64,000 nt of DNA from positions 350,042-414,041 of the forward strand of contig JAAOMT010000193.1 of NCBI GenBank assembly GCA_016748015.1. The letters are read 5' to 3'. Shown piece after piece: positions 51,301-64,000 of this stretch; within the stretch, counting starts at the first letter, position 1; each line of letters opens with the position of its first letter. A program made the position numbers and the translations under genes. Source of the stretch: Geosiphon pyriformis uo1 (Eukaryota; Fungi; Glomeromycota). The notes below the pieces were generated by a model, which did not search any database, was not told the origin of the DNA, and saw only the letters and a program-made list of their open reading frames with translations.

Positions 51301-54300
51301 GTTCCATTTTCCTTGCTGTTTTGGTTGTTCAAAGCATTCTAGAATGCAGAAGCAGCAGTAAAATTTGGTTGCTGTAGAGTATTCCTTATTATCACTACAG
51401 CATACATCTATTGATAATATTTTCTTATCACAATCAATGCATACCAGTTTTGGTTAGGGATAGTTAGATAGTTGTGATGGAGTATAGATGTATAGAATAT
51501 AAGTGGTAATAGTGATTAGTATTGGCTCTTCTTTTTTTTTCCCTTTTTCTTTGTTATTTTCTTCTCACTTCCAAGTTGGTGTCAGTTCAGTACTATCACC
51601 ATCAATCCATCATGTTTGGTTGGTATTTTCAGTAAGTTCCTCTTTTTGCTTTTCCTTTCTATTGTTATTCTAGGATAGTATTAGTGATAGTTCATTGTGA
51701 TCATTGTCAACCCAGAAAATTTGATAGATTTCTCAAGTAGGTTTTTTTTTTGTTGTCAAACTTGATAAGGGGTGCTGATGGCATGATGATAGGTTTGAAG
51801 TGACTACACATGGCTGGTACACATGTGTGTTGATTATTCTGGTTAAGTTAAAGCTTTTGTGTATTCCAATTGAGTGTTATGTTAGTTTTGAACAACCAGT
51901 TGTTGTCAATGAGTGCTTGGTACTAAGTGGCTTTCATGACTAATATCTTGATTAGTATAATGATGCTGTTAACTTCTATGGGGAGGTTATCAATCTTGCC
52001 AATTGGAGTTTTGGTCGCTTCATTGGCTATTATGATTTAGGCGCTGACAGTGCAATCAACTCGGTAATCTAATTGGTCCATGAGTTGTCATGTGATAATG
52101 CTGTCTGCTGACCCACTATCTAATATGAGTTTGATAGAGTGACTATCAACTTTAGCATCAGTATATATAGTGGTAATTGGTTTTTCTTTGAGCATGGCTT
52201 TACTGAACAAGGGCATAGATGACAGTTCCTCGAGTTCGAACAGGAAGATTGCTATTAGTGATTCATTATTGGTGATGGTGGTTGAAAATATATTATTGAT
52301 GAGTGGTTGTGTTTGGTTGGTTTTTATGTAATTGGGTAAGACATTTTCTGTGGTAATCAGGAGACTTAAATAGTTCTAAAAACTCATGTTTTGAGTATAT
52401 CTGGTTTTTGAACTTCACTAATGTGATTCTAATGGCTGGTTGGATAAACTGGGAATCAGTTGGTGGACAACTATTGCTGATCTTCAGTTTTGAGTGACTC
52501 TTGATCTGAGATTTCCTGATGTCATCTGAGCTGAGTTTGGTGGTAGTATAAAAATTTGTTGGGGTTGATATATTATTTGTGGCTGTAGTTGATAAATAAC
52601 TGGTGCTGGAGTCTGATAAATGAGTGGTTAATAAATTGGCAACTGTATCACTAGTATGTAATTTGATTAACATATTTCTGAGTTGGGTTGATATCTTGAA
52701 GTTTGAAACTGGCAATTGGAATTTTGATATTGATTTTCCAATTGTTGGTTATTTATTCTTAATCTGCAGTAAATTTTCAAATGTTCTTGTTTACTACAGT
52801 AGTGGTAAACATATGTCTTCTATTGCTACTGTTGATTGGTTAAGAATAATAAACATGACTGATTCTGGAAACAATTTGCATTTTCTTGAGTATTGTATCA
52901 TTGTGAAAGTTAATAAATTGTCTGATTGTTAGCTAAATATCTCTCTAATTTTTGATTAATGGAATTACTGAATTGTTTCAACTTAGAATTCAATTCAGAT
53001 AATCCATTCATTACTAAATTGACAGCTTAAGCATGGTTAGCTTCGAGTTTGGCAGATTCAAAATTCTGTGCATTGGTAACTGTATCTTGGAAAGTTTGTA
53101 AGTGCATTGAGCATATGCATTGAAAAATACTACTGCACAGTTCATAAATGAACTGGTTTAGAATCTGTGGTGCTGTAAAGTAATTTGCATTAATTGCTTG
53201 TATTTGGTGCAAGTTTTTATAGAAGTGTTCTAAGTAAGTAGTAACTGCTTCAGTTTTTCCTTGCTTGATAGTAGTAAAAATATTGGCTAAGCAATTAATA
53301 CTGTTATTATTGCTAAAATATCTCAAGAACTCAAGCTTAAATGTATTGAAATTTTGTGGTTTGTTGACCAAGCTCTAATATCACAAGTTGGCAGTATTCT
53401 AAAGGAAGTATAAAATGGTTTGCATGACTCTTGTATCATTCCATCTGTTGGCTGCAATGGTTTTTTCCATATCGTTCAATCACACTTGGGCATTATTTTT
53501 TTTACTGGTGAATTTTTCAAGTTTTATTATTAGGGCATAGGCTATTAGTTGTTGTGGTAATTGAAGTGGTAATTGCTAAGATAGTATTGGCAGCTGTTGA
53601 AGTTGTTTAGCAATCAGACCAATTGGTTGTTGATTAATAACAATTTTTGAAGATAAGTTTTGCTGATTAATTAACTTGGAGTTTGGATTGTTCTAAGTTT
53701 GTTGGGTTTAAATATTCAGAGTTTCAACTTCCAGATTTTTTGCAATCAGATTTTGGTAATTAAATTCTTGATTCTCTTCTTTTTTTTTTTTTTCTTCTGA
53801 TGCCATTATCTTTCAAGAACTTGTGGTTTTGAAATCTGGTGAAGATAGTGGTAATCAAAATTCTGATGGCATTGGCAATCATAATTTAAATCCTTCAAAG
53901 TAATTGCTATAGGTTTCTAATAATTCTGCTTTTTTTTGTTTACTTTAAAATAAAAGTCATCCAAATGTTGATGTCACATTTAATGTAGATGTGTTTGCTG
54001 ATACAATATTGATGGTACTTCCAGGTGTATAATAATATAATAGATATAGTAGAAATTCAATTTTTTGCTTTTTCCATGTTGGTAATTGTATTTTTTTTGG
54101 AGTTACTGCTGGTGTTTATAGCTTTTTTTTACCCTTATCTGTGTAGGTAATAGAGAATTGTTGTTAAGTGTATCTTTTAATTTCTTGATTAATTTCTCTA
54201 ATAATTAGTGCAAAACTATAATTTTATGGTAAGCTGGTATATTGGATTAATTTTGTATAGAAATTTTCTTTTGCTGATTTGATGTTAACTGGTTTTTTAA

Positions 54301-54451
54301 GAAAATCTGTGATTCATTTGTTGACATAAAAGTTGAAGGCTGATTTCACTAAATAATAGTTGTTGGTTAAGTCTAATTGTTGACTGTACTATTAAAACAA
54401 AGATTTAGCAAATTCTAAATGGTTTGTTTTTATTATTTCTGATTCTGCCAC
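48334..54451 (-). pseudogene. Element E gag-PR-dUTPase-RT-RNase H polyprotein, decayed
   Basis: GTG at 54451; capsid ORF 53027-53371; PR LILDSGSADS at about 52110; dUTPase at about 50160-50560 (GGIIDAEYVGNI, KIAQAIFL, QGFGS); RT at about 48800-49600. Confidence 0.9.
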
Positions 54452-54513
54452 TTTTGAATAATTGTTGTTGGTGCTGGTTTTCTGTAGGATTATATTTCAC
54501 AGGAAGCACCAAA

Positions 54514-55380
54514 TGTTACAGGTGATTATTTGAAGTCCCAAAGCAAATAACAAACCCATAACTTGGTGCTTAATTGATATACTGATGGTGGTTTCTGAAG
54601 ATTGTTTGTATTTGAAAGTTTTTGTGATCTGAAAGTTTTGGTTAAGTCTTTTATATAATGGACAGAAATCTAAGTGTTGTTTTATCTGTCACTTCCTGGA
54701 ATCACAATTCCATCAAATTTCTTTCTTAGTATGATGACTGGTAATTCTTCTGGTAAGCTATCCTCAAATTTATGAGTTCTCTACCCTTGTTTTACAGGTT
54801 TTTTACCAGTTCCTATAATGTCTATAACTCAGTGCTTTTTAATCCTTAGTCAATTAGTAAAACAAAAAGAAATATCAAAAGAAAATATAAAAATAAAAAA
54901 ATAAAAAAAAATAAAGAAATAAGCCAAGACAATAAATATTAGTATTCTATCAATAGCTGTGATTAAAAGCCATTGTTCCAATGTGATTAAGTATTAACAT
55001 GAAGCATTGATAGTGGAGAATAGATTGAGATAGTGAATAATTATTTATTGATATTTGTGAATAAAAAGATTGCTTAGATCAAATCTAAACTGGGAGGTCT
55101 GTTTTTTCTACTTTTAATACTACTGCTATATATACATAATTGAGATTTCTCAATTCTTTAATTTTTCACACCAGGAATCCTGGAATTCTTGGAATCCTGC
55201 AATTTCTTTTGAGAAAAATCTTGGAATTCTGGAATCTTGCAATTCTTTATATGAGAATTCTGAAATTTCTGAAATCTTGCAATTCCTTTTGAGAGGAATT
55301 CTGGAATTTCACATTTACTACAGCTACTTCTGATTGGCTAATTTATATGCTAATATACTTTCTATATTTTATGAGTAATA
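54514..55380 (-). repeat. Element E 5' LTR
   Basis: Matches 45344-46220; adjacent PBS. Confidence 0.95.
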
Positions 55381-55923
55381 ACAATAAATACACACAAGTA
55401 CTAGCTATCTGTGGTCATTTTAAATCTAGCACCAACACAACAGCACCACTCATCAAATTTAACAACAAAAAAAAAAATCTATCTGAGAAGCCTACTAAGT
55501 TTCCTGGGCCAACACCAAACACAATAAGTTATCACTAATACTTTTTTGAGATGACAAAGGAAAGAGAAAAAAAAAAGACACACCAAAAGAAGACACCATT
55601 AACAAAGAAATAACTAGTGGCTAAGGAAGTTCATACTCTGTGCACAAGCCACTAAAGCAACCACCATATATTCCACTCAAATGCCAAAATTATGACAAGA
55701 AACTTTCTTCTATGAGAGCTTGGATAGTGCCCAATAAAGACTACTGGACACGAACTCATTATTATTGCAAATTGTGCTACAGAGAATAGTATGACTATCC
55801 AAAATGACAAGGCAAGTAAAACAATAAATTATGTCTTGCTTGTAGAGAACAGTTATTCAATGAAGAAATGTGGAATAACATTTCTAGTTAAGAAGAAACA
55901 TATGACACTTTGTGCCAATACAT

Positions 55924-57456
55924 TGTTACAGTTGAAACTTATACTTCTTATTAATTATTACATGTATTAGCCACTAATATTATATAAATTAGCCACTCTA
56001 TTTTTAGTAAGTGATCATTGACCTGATTATTGACCTAGTCGTTGACCTAATCATTGACCACTTTTGATAGCTATATAAGCAATAAATCTCTTAACTGTAG
56101 AAAAGCATGAAGAATCAAAAAAAATAAATAAATAAAATAACAACTTTCATCTCAATTATTCTCTTATTGCTAATTTCCTTTTCCCTACTTTCAAGTATCT
56201 GAACATCTTAAAGATAAAAAATTACTTATTGGTTATTTCTTATCTTTTTCTTGAAATGTATAATTGCAACATTTGGAGATTATTGAATAAAACATGACTG
56301 AAGAGCACATCTGATATTTGATATTGAATTCTAAGAGCACTGACATAAGGCATAGAATTATACCAAGTGTGATCATTTGTTGACAGTATGGACTATCTCT
56401 CTACCTTCAGATTTTTTGGTTACTTTGAAAAGTATAGCAATGTTACTCATAGAATATAGAAAATATAGTATTATTAGTCAGTAGATATTAGCCAATCAGA
56501 GGTAGACGTAGTAAATATGAAATTCCAGAATTCCTCTTAAAAGAATTGCAAAATTCTAAGAATTTTAGGATTCCCTAATGAGGAATTGCAGGATTCCAGA
56601 ATTCCAGGATTCCTCTCATCAGGAATCACAGAATTCTTGTCACAAAGAATTGAGGAATTGAGAAATCTCAATTATGTATATATAACAGTAAAATTAGAAG
56701 CTGAAAAGACAGATCTCTCAAGTTTAGATTTAATCTAAGCAACTCTCCAAATCACAACCATCTAATAAATAACTATTTGTTATCTTAAATTCACTTCCAC
56801 TATCAACACTTCATGTTGATAGTAATCAACTCTTAACCACACTGGAACAATAGCTCTTGATCATGGCTATTGACAGAATACTAATTTGTAAATCACTTTG
56901 GCTTATTTTTTTTCTTTATATATTTTCTTTTCTTTTCTTTTCTTCATTTTTCTTGCTTTGAGTTTATTGTTGTTTACTAACTTTATTGAGGATTAATGCG
57001 CAGGGCACTGACATCAGAATAAACGTGACTGGTAAAAAACCCAGGAATAAGAGTAGAACACTCGATTGAGGATAGCTTACCAGGAAGAATACCAGCCATC
57101 AAGCTGAGAAAAAAATTGATGAAACTGTGGTTTCAGAAAGCTACAGATAAAACTTTTACCATTGAATCTCTGTTCATTATACAAAAAACTCAATTAGAAA
57201 ACCTTCAGATAAAATACCTTCAGATTATCATCATCACCAATCATCTTGAGCACCAAGTTACAGGTTTGTTATTTTATCAACACTCCAAATAATCACTTGT
57301 AACAGTAACTAAGATATTTTATAAGACTAATCTCACACATTGAATCTTTATTCATTCAATTCATTCTTTGAAGTTGAATTCTTTTTGATTCTTTTTATCA
57401 CTCTATAATTCTGTTTTCCCTTGCTATCTATTAGCTTATTACTCTAACCCATAACA
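55924..57456 (+). repeat. Element G 5' LTR (about 665 bp plus inserted solo LTR F)
   Basis: Start TGTTACAGTTGAAAC matches 63778 onward; ends CCCATAACA before the PBS. Confidence 0.88.
56441..57304 (+). mobile_element. Solo LTR F (B/E family) inserted in G's 5' LTR
   Basis: TGTTAC...TGTAACA; homologous to B/E LTRs; flanks GCAA / GTAA; no adjacent PBS or PPT. Confidence 0.92.
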
Positions 57457-57509
57457 TAAAAGTGGTGCTCTCTATGAGGTTGTCAAAATCCACTTTGTTT
57501 CTTATTTGT

Positions 57510-60500
57510 ATGGGTGATTATTCATACCTGCCACAACAATCAAAAGAATACTTTAAAGCATACAACAAAAACAATCTAGATTTTATTGAACTTAATCTTT
57601 TGCCCTTCTGCTTGATTTGCTTTCTCATTGAAGAACAATCCAGCAGACAATTCCAAGACTTTTAGAACTGGTTTCTGAATGAGCATTCAGCTGAAACCTA
57701 CACAATTTATACAACTTATTACTTTGACTAAGCTTATTTTGAAGATAACTTTGATGAAAGAAACAACAATATCAATCAGCTCTTATATTCTACAATCTTT
57801 AAACAACAGCCCCCTAATTTCGAATATCTGAATCATCAAATCCACATTTGGATTGCTGCCCATCAATTAACAGAAACTCCTCTTAAAACAGAAGAAAAAA
57901 GCTATTAAACCACTCCTGTTTTTGATCTCTTTTTAAGTGAATCAGAACACTCCACACAAACAGTTACATCTAAACCAATGGTTCAAGACCCTCTACAACA
58001 AAACATTCTAATCACCCTCCAAGATATACAAACTGCTTTAGGGTGAAGAAACAACACCCCATTACCATTATTCAGAGGTAATGCCCAAGATTCAATCAAA
58101 TGGCTGGATGATTTTGAGAGAGCTATTACAGCAAACCAATATAATAATAAATACAAGTTCCAAATTGTTGGTGGCTACCTCCAAGGCTCTTTTGCTACTT
58201 GGTTCTCACAAGAAACCAATACCAATGCTCAGCAAAAAATCATTAGATGGGCACTGGCAAATGCTGAAGAAGACAACACCTCTTTTACTATCCAGTTTGA
58301 AACTAAATTTAGAACTCCCATCTTAATTTCAAAATGGCATATGGAATTAGAAAAAAAAACTCAAGGCCCTGGTGAGGTTGTAATAGAATATGCCAAAACA
58401 ATAAGAAAACTCATTAAACGAGTAGACTTTGGAAGAAATTGGACAGAAGAACAGAAAATACATTTCTTTACAAAAGGACTGAAAACTGATCTATCATATG
58501 CTCTTTGGTCCCTTCTGGTCTTGAAAAATAATCCCACAACAGACATGGCCATTGAACTTGCTCAGAGAATAGAAAACAATTAAAGAATGCACCTAGGATC
58601 CACACTTCCAGTTTTTGCTTCTGCTCCTGTTATGGCTCTTGCTCCCCAAATGGCTGCTACCTCTTTTGCTGCCCAAACTCAAGACTTAAATGAACAGTTA
58701 ATAGATAGACTTACAGCTAATCTTGTCTGGCTATTAGAACCATTGGCCCAAGCAGTTAGAGAGAATTAACAATCCCAAAGACCCAGATTTGAATCCTGTT
58801 TTAATCAGTCCCAACAACCACCATATCAAAGACAGCAAAATTGTGGCCCATCTGTGTACTATTATTGTGGACTAACTGGACACTTTTCAAAAGACTGCAA
58901 CAATCTTCTATTGCCCTTTTCAGCTCCTAGAAACAATGACAATTAAAACAACAGAACCATTAACAATAATATTCCCAACCAAAGAACCAATCATGCCAAC
59001 ATCAATTTCTTTGAAGAAAATCCTCTAGTTAAAGCCACTGTTTATCAGCCTTTAAACTGGTAGATGCACCTCCAAAGAGTGAGAGTGCAAGCCAACCAGA
59101 AAAAAACCCTTTTTATGCTTTTAACCTAACTGATAATGATCATAATATAGATAAACTAGCAATCAACACCTCTGAATCAACCAGAAAGAAGAAAAAAACC
59201 AAGATTGATTTTGTCTTGGATCCAAACAAAGCATCCAAATCATTTGCTGATAACAATGAGCCATCAAAGACTAAGGTTTTTAAAAATTCTCCAAAGTTGG
59301 AACCCCCAGAAATTGTACAAAAATCTGGACCCTATTCTGTTGTTAAAGATCTCATAGAAACCCCAGCACACATTACATTTGGCCAACTGATGACCCATCC
59401 ACAATTTAGAAAAGATCTTCACAAATTATTGATACCAAAAAAAAAGACACCAAAGATCAACAAACACTCTCGCCAAGCTGGACTTGTTGATAACAGCAAT
59501 ATTACCCCTCTGATTTATAAAGCCCAAGTGGCTGGTTACTTCATTGATCTGATTCTAAACAGTAGATCATCTGTTAGTGTAATTGCCAAACATTTTCTTG
59601 AAGCAATTGGCAGAAAGATTGATAAGTCTTCTACAAGATCAATGACTAATGTACATGATGACAAGAAAAAAGGCCTAGGCATAGCCAAAGCTATTCCTGT
59701 TTACATCAATAGTATCAGCATTAAAACAGATATAAAAGTATCTAAAGCAAAAGAGTACACCATCATTGTTGGTAATGAATGGCTTAAGAAAGCCAAAGCA
59801 CTACTTGACTATAAACTTTGTGAACAAACTATCAGATGTGGTGAGAAACTCATTGTGGTTAAATGCTGACATTGGACAACCCCTCCAGTATTCAAGCAGA
59901 ACCAATAAGAAGAACAATCAAATGAATCAGATAACGATAAGAGTGATGATAAAAAAGATTAAGAAGAACCAGAAGAAACTGCTGAACTTGTTTATACTAT
60001 CTTTACCAGCAATGGCAAGCCACTGGACAATATTAAAGCTAACAAAAAAAAAATCATATTAAATGGCAAGCTAATCTGCTAGCCCTACTATAATATCCTC
60101 AGAAGAACCTTTGACAGAAAACTTAGCAAGAAAGCAAAATACAGTTATTGGTGGCATGGCCCTTGTGCATGGTGCTGGTGTAATAAACTTTTGTATTCAC
60201 CAAGTAATGAATGCAAATTCTGTCTAATCTACTACAAAGATTGGAAACCAATTAGCTTAATATTTCAAGAAGAACTTAAAGAAATACAAAAGTTCTTTGA
60301 GAATGAACCACCTGAAATCCAATCACTAGTTGTAAAACAAAGAGAATCTTCTTTTAAAGAAAGAAAAATGGACATTAAAAATCTGTTGGTTAGAAATAGC
60401 CCAGTTATCTCAAAAGAAAGTGATGTTCCTGGATGAACTCATGTGATACAACACACCATCACCACCAAAGAAACTCACCCCATCCATTTGAAGCCTTATT

Positions 60501-61743
60501 AATTCAATTAACACAATGATGAGTTTATCAAGAAAGAGATAAACTGAATGAAAAATCTTGGATTCATATAAGAAACCAAGAGTGAATGGGCTTTCCCAGT
60601 TGTAGTGGTATTCAAAAAAGGTGGAACTCTATGCTTCTGTGTTAACTACCATCAATTAAATGCCATCACTATAAGAGACATGTACTCACTTCTCAAAATT
60701 AATACAATGTTAAATAAATTCAATGGTGCTGCTTTCTTTTCAACCATTGATTTAACTGCTAGATTTTGGCAAGTAGAGATGGATCCAAAAAGCAGAAAGA
60801 AAACTGCCTTTATCATCAAGTATGGCACCTATGAATTCACAGTTATGCCTTTTGGTCTTACCAATGCTTCTCCCACTTTTCAATGTCTAATGGATAAAGT
60901 GTTTGAATCAGTAAAAGAAAAATTTGTTCTGGTTTACTTGGATGACATAATGGTATATTCAAAAACCTGGAATGAACATCTTGAACATTTACAAAAGGTT
61001 TTTAATCTGCTCAGAAATGCTGGCCTTAAGATCAACCCAATCAAATCTTTCTTTGGATGCCAATTCACCTAATTTTTTGGTCATCTTGTTACAAAAGATG
61101 AAATCTTTCCTGATCCAGCTAAAGTTAAAAAAGTTCAAAACATTAGACACCCAATAAATGTTCCTAAACTATGCTCTTTTCTTGGTTTGGCCTCTTACTA
61201 TTACAAATTTATCAAGGATTTCTCCAAAATTGCTTTTCTTTTCAATCAGCTACTCAAGAAAAATGTCAATTATCACTAGAGCACTTATCAACAAAAAGCT
61301 TTTGAATTTTTGAAGGAAAAACTTCTTACTAAATCAATTCTCAAACAACCTGATCTGGACCAACCTTTTATCCTCCACATTAATGCATCTGGCTATGAAC
61401 TTGGTGCTGTCCTTTCACAGAAAGATAAAAATGGCAGAGAACATGCTATAGCATATGTCAGTAGATCTCTCACACCATCAGAAAAAAACTATTCAGTTAC
61501 TGAACAAGAATGTCTAGCAGTAGTTTGGGCTACCAACTACTGGGATTAATATTTTCTTGGTGCAAAATTCTTAGTGGTAACAGATTATCAAGCCTTGGTT
61601 TGGCTGGGCAAGAAAAAGAAACTGGAACACAAAAAATAACTCACTGGATACTCCACTTGGATGAATTCGACTATAATATTTAACACTGCAAAGGAGCAAA
61701 TCATCAAAATACTGACACTCTATTTAGACTTACCATCCAGTGA
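57510..61743 (+). pseudogene. Element G gag-PR-RT-RNase H polyprotein, decayed
   Basis: Capsid ATG at 57978; knuckle remnant YYCGLTGHFSKDC at about 58860; PR LILNSRSS at about 59550; RT YLDD 60935-60946; RH 61310-61743. Confidence 0.9.
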
Positions 61744-61807
61744 CAGTACAATCTCTTAAACCAAACCAACTTAATTATTAGTAATTCCTTCATAAACAAA
61801 CACGATA

Positions 61808-63121
61808 ATGGACTTGGACAACTACTCTGTCTTAATGAAATTTTTGGATAAAAAACAATACTCATCTGAATACACTTGACAGCAAAAAGAATATTTGCAC
61901 AAACAATCAAATTTTTATTTGATCTGCCAGAACCAATTATACAAAAGAAACAGAAAAGATTCTGACTGCTTCCAGAGAGTCATCAGATTTGAAAAAAGAG
62001 AAATTGTAATATACAACATGCACACAGACCCATTAGCTGGACACTTTGGAAAAACAAAGACAATTCAGAAAACTTTAGCTTGCTATTATTGGCCTATTTT
62101 GGGAAAAAACATTGCTGAATACATCAAAATCTGTGACATCTGCCAAAGAAAAGACAAACCCAATCACAAAGAAGATATCCATCCAATCTCTGTTGATCAA
62201 CCATTTGACAGAATTGGTATAAATGTTGTTGGATCTTTAACAATTATTTCTGATGGCAACAGATATATTATCACAGCTACCAACTATCTTACAAAGTGAG
62301 TAGAAGCAAGAGCCACCCCAGACCAAACAGCAGTCTTAATAGCCAATTTCATTTATGAAAATATCATCTGCTGTCATGGCTGCCCCAAAGAACTTTTATC
62401 TGATAGAGGAAGAGCTTTTCTCAGTACACTGGTTGAAGAACTTTATAGAAAAATGGGAATATGTCATAAACTTTTCTTCTCTTATCACTCCCAAACAAAT
62501 GGCCTAGTAGAACATTTCAATAAAACATTATGTGAAACTCTAGCCAAAACCAATAAAGAAACAAACTTATAGGACAAAGTACTGCCTTCAGCTTTGTTTG
62601 CTTATAGAATTGTAAATTATGACACAACAAGTTATGAATCTTTTTATCAGCTCTATGGATGCATGGCAATGCTACCAATAGAAACTAATATTGAAACAAT
62701 ATCCTTTGAAGAGATCACAATAGGGAATTACAAAGACATTTTGCAAAAAAGACTTAGTACCATTCTTGACTCCTTGGTAGAAGCACGAATAATTGCTTTT
62801 GAAAAGATAAAACAGTTCCAAGAAAAGCTTAAAAAAAAGAAAACCTATAAAACACTTTCTTTAAGTGTTGGTGACTTGGTATTGGAATATTGTTTAGACA
62901 GAGACAATGTCTATAGTAATAAATTTTTTAGCCAGTGAAAAGGACCTTTTATAATCAACAAAGTTTTGAACAATGGTTCTTATATTCTTCAAGATCAATC
63001 TGAAACAATCTTCAATAATCGTTCTGTTTACAGTACATGACTTAAGAAATATCATAAACGACCTGATTGGCTGTCTGTTGTGATAATATCGACTCAAATG
63101 ATCAGCAAAAATCAAGGATAA
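61808..63121 (+). pseudogene. Element G integrase, separate ORF
   Basis: ATG at 61808 (MDLDNYSVLMKFL), 64 nt after TGA at 61743; HTDPLAGH...CDIC, rve core and KGPF. Confidence 0.9.
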
Positions 63122-63162
63122 ATAAATACATCATTCCCAAAACAGAAGTATTTTTAATCAAC

Positions 63163-63777
63163 ATAAACAATTATTTTCTGGATTAAAACATTCAAAACGC
63201 TTTCTATACTCTTCATGAGTATTGGATTAAAAACTATCCAAATGCTACTTTGACCATTGGAAAACAAACTACTATAACTGATAACAGTAGAACACATACT
63301 GTTATTAAACCAAAGAAAACCACTACCAGAAGAGAAAAAATTGGTAGTAAAATAGATAAATATCTGTTGGAAAGTATAACAGCAGCTATATTCTTACCTT
63401 CCAACACAATTGGAAAAACACTTCAAGAAATCTTACCCATAGACAAAAACTTGTCATATGGAAGACAATTAGAACTCTATAGTTGCTTTGGTAAAATCAT
63501 AGAGGATATGAAACTCATAAAGAAAACAACTTCAGAGATACAGACAGAAATTTTGAGCATTATATGGTTAGATATCTCAAGAGTTTTAACTATTGCTAAA
63601 AAGGCCAAAACTCTAATACAAAGATTTGGTCTCCTAGATACAAAACTCATTTCGCCTTAAGTATTATATACTTTATTGACAAAAGACTTTAACAAACTAG
63701 TTAGATAAAACTCTTCCAATAGATTACACCATAAATAGCTTAATTTTGCCAAAGCTCAATCTCTTTGGAGAGGATAA
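63163..63777 (+). pseudogene. Element G ORF3
   Basis: Open 63250-63660; probable decayed start ATA at 63163; continues through point stops to the PPT; LYSCFGK...AKKAKTLIQRFG...ISP. Confidence 0.65.
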
Positions 63778-64000
63778 TATTATAGTTGAAACTTATACTT
63801 CTTATTAATTATTACATGTATTAGCCACTGATGTCATATAAATTAGCCATTCTATTTTTAGTAAGTGATTATTGACCTGATTAATGACCTAACTGTTGAC
63901 TTAATCATTGACCTGATCATTGACCTGATTATTGATCTAATCATTGACCTAGTCATTGACTTGATCATTGATCACTTTTGATAGCTATATAAACAATGAA
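63778..64000 (+). repeat. Element G 3' LTR (partial)
   Basis: Matches 55924 onward; contains nine 12-bp GATCATTGACCT-type units. Confidence 0.92.

Larger units (their letters stand above)
45344..55380 (-). mobile_element. Element E: full-length decayed Gypsy element, B family, with dUTPase
   Basis: LTRs 45344-46220 and 54514-55380; PBS TGGTGCTTCCTGTGA (54497-54511); PPT 46221-46236; flanks ATAG and ACAA can both derive from ACGG by transitions. Confidence 0.95.
41830..55923 (+). mobile_element. Element D: Gypsy element (5' LTR, gag, PR, start of Cys-rich region), interrupted by E and G; remainder presumably beyond the window
   Basis: LTR 41830-42657; PBS TGGTGCTTTTTGTGAGA at 42660; gag homologous to B/E; PR LILDSGS at 45048; frame resumes at 55385 (YTQVLAICGHFK). 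Confidence 0.9.
55924..64000 (+). mobile_element. Element G: Gypsy element of a distinct family lacking dUTPase; 3' LTR runs off the window
   Basis: 5' LTR 55924-57456 (split by F); PBS TGGTGCTCTCTATGAGG at 57463; PPT GGAGAGGATAA 63767-63777; 3' LTR from 63778. Confidence 0.93.

Noticed and set aside
3653-52932. Numerous 60-110 aa ORFs antisense to gag/pol or rich in F/L/I/K
   Set aside because: They are antisense or off-frame shadows of decayed retroelement coding regions and AT-rich DNA.
56520-56670. GGAATTC arrays as heat-shock elements
   Set aside because: TTCnnGAA pairs occur, but the spacing mostly does not give three alternating nGAAn units.
63867-63974. CRISPR-like or telomeric array (also 14320-14460 and 31920-32090)
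   Set aside because: These are contiguous degenerate units inside LTRs with no unique spacers, in a eukaryotic context.

Overview
This window is very AT-rich, CpG-depleted eukaryotic DNA made almost entirely of nested, mutationally decayed retroelements; no intact host gene is supported. The repeats look like Glomeromycotina (e.g. Geosiphon-type) fungal families, but that assignment is from recollection and is unverified. Left nest: an APE-type LINE on the minus strand (1-35850) is interrupted by two Ty3/Gypsy LTR elements, A (1857-11817) and B (12424-32144); B is in turn interrupted by the younger element C (14111-23936). Centre: two extremely AT-rich tracts surround a 1.57 kb CpG-rich fold-back island (38030-39601). 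Right nest: a Gypsy fragment H is interrupted by D (from 41830); D is interrupted by E (45344-55380) and G (55924 to past the window end); G's 5' LTR carries a solo LTR, F. The main result is that five Gypsy copies from four LTR families share an unusual layout. Gag has an AUG-poor N-terminal extension, apparently GUG-initiated in three families. A Gag-PR-Cys-rich-(dUTPase)-RT-RNase H frame stops after RNase H. Integrase is a separate ORF with its own start codon, followed by a conserved non-env third ORF reaching the PPT. Target duplications are 4 bp, and U5 carries a sequence complementary to the LTR end and PBS. All alignments were done by eye.
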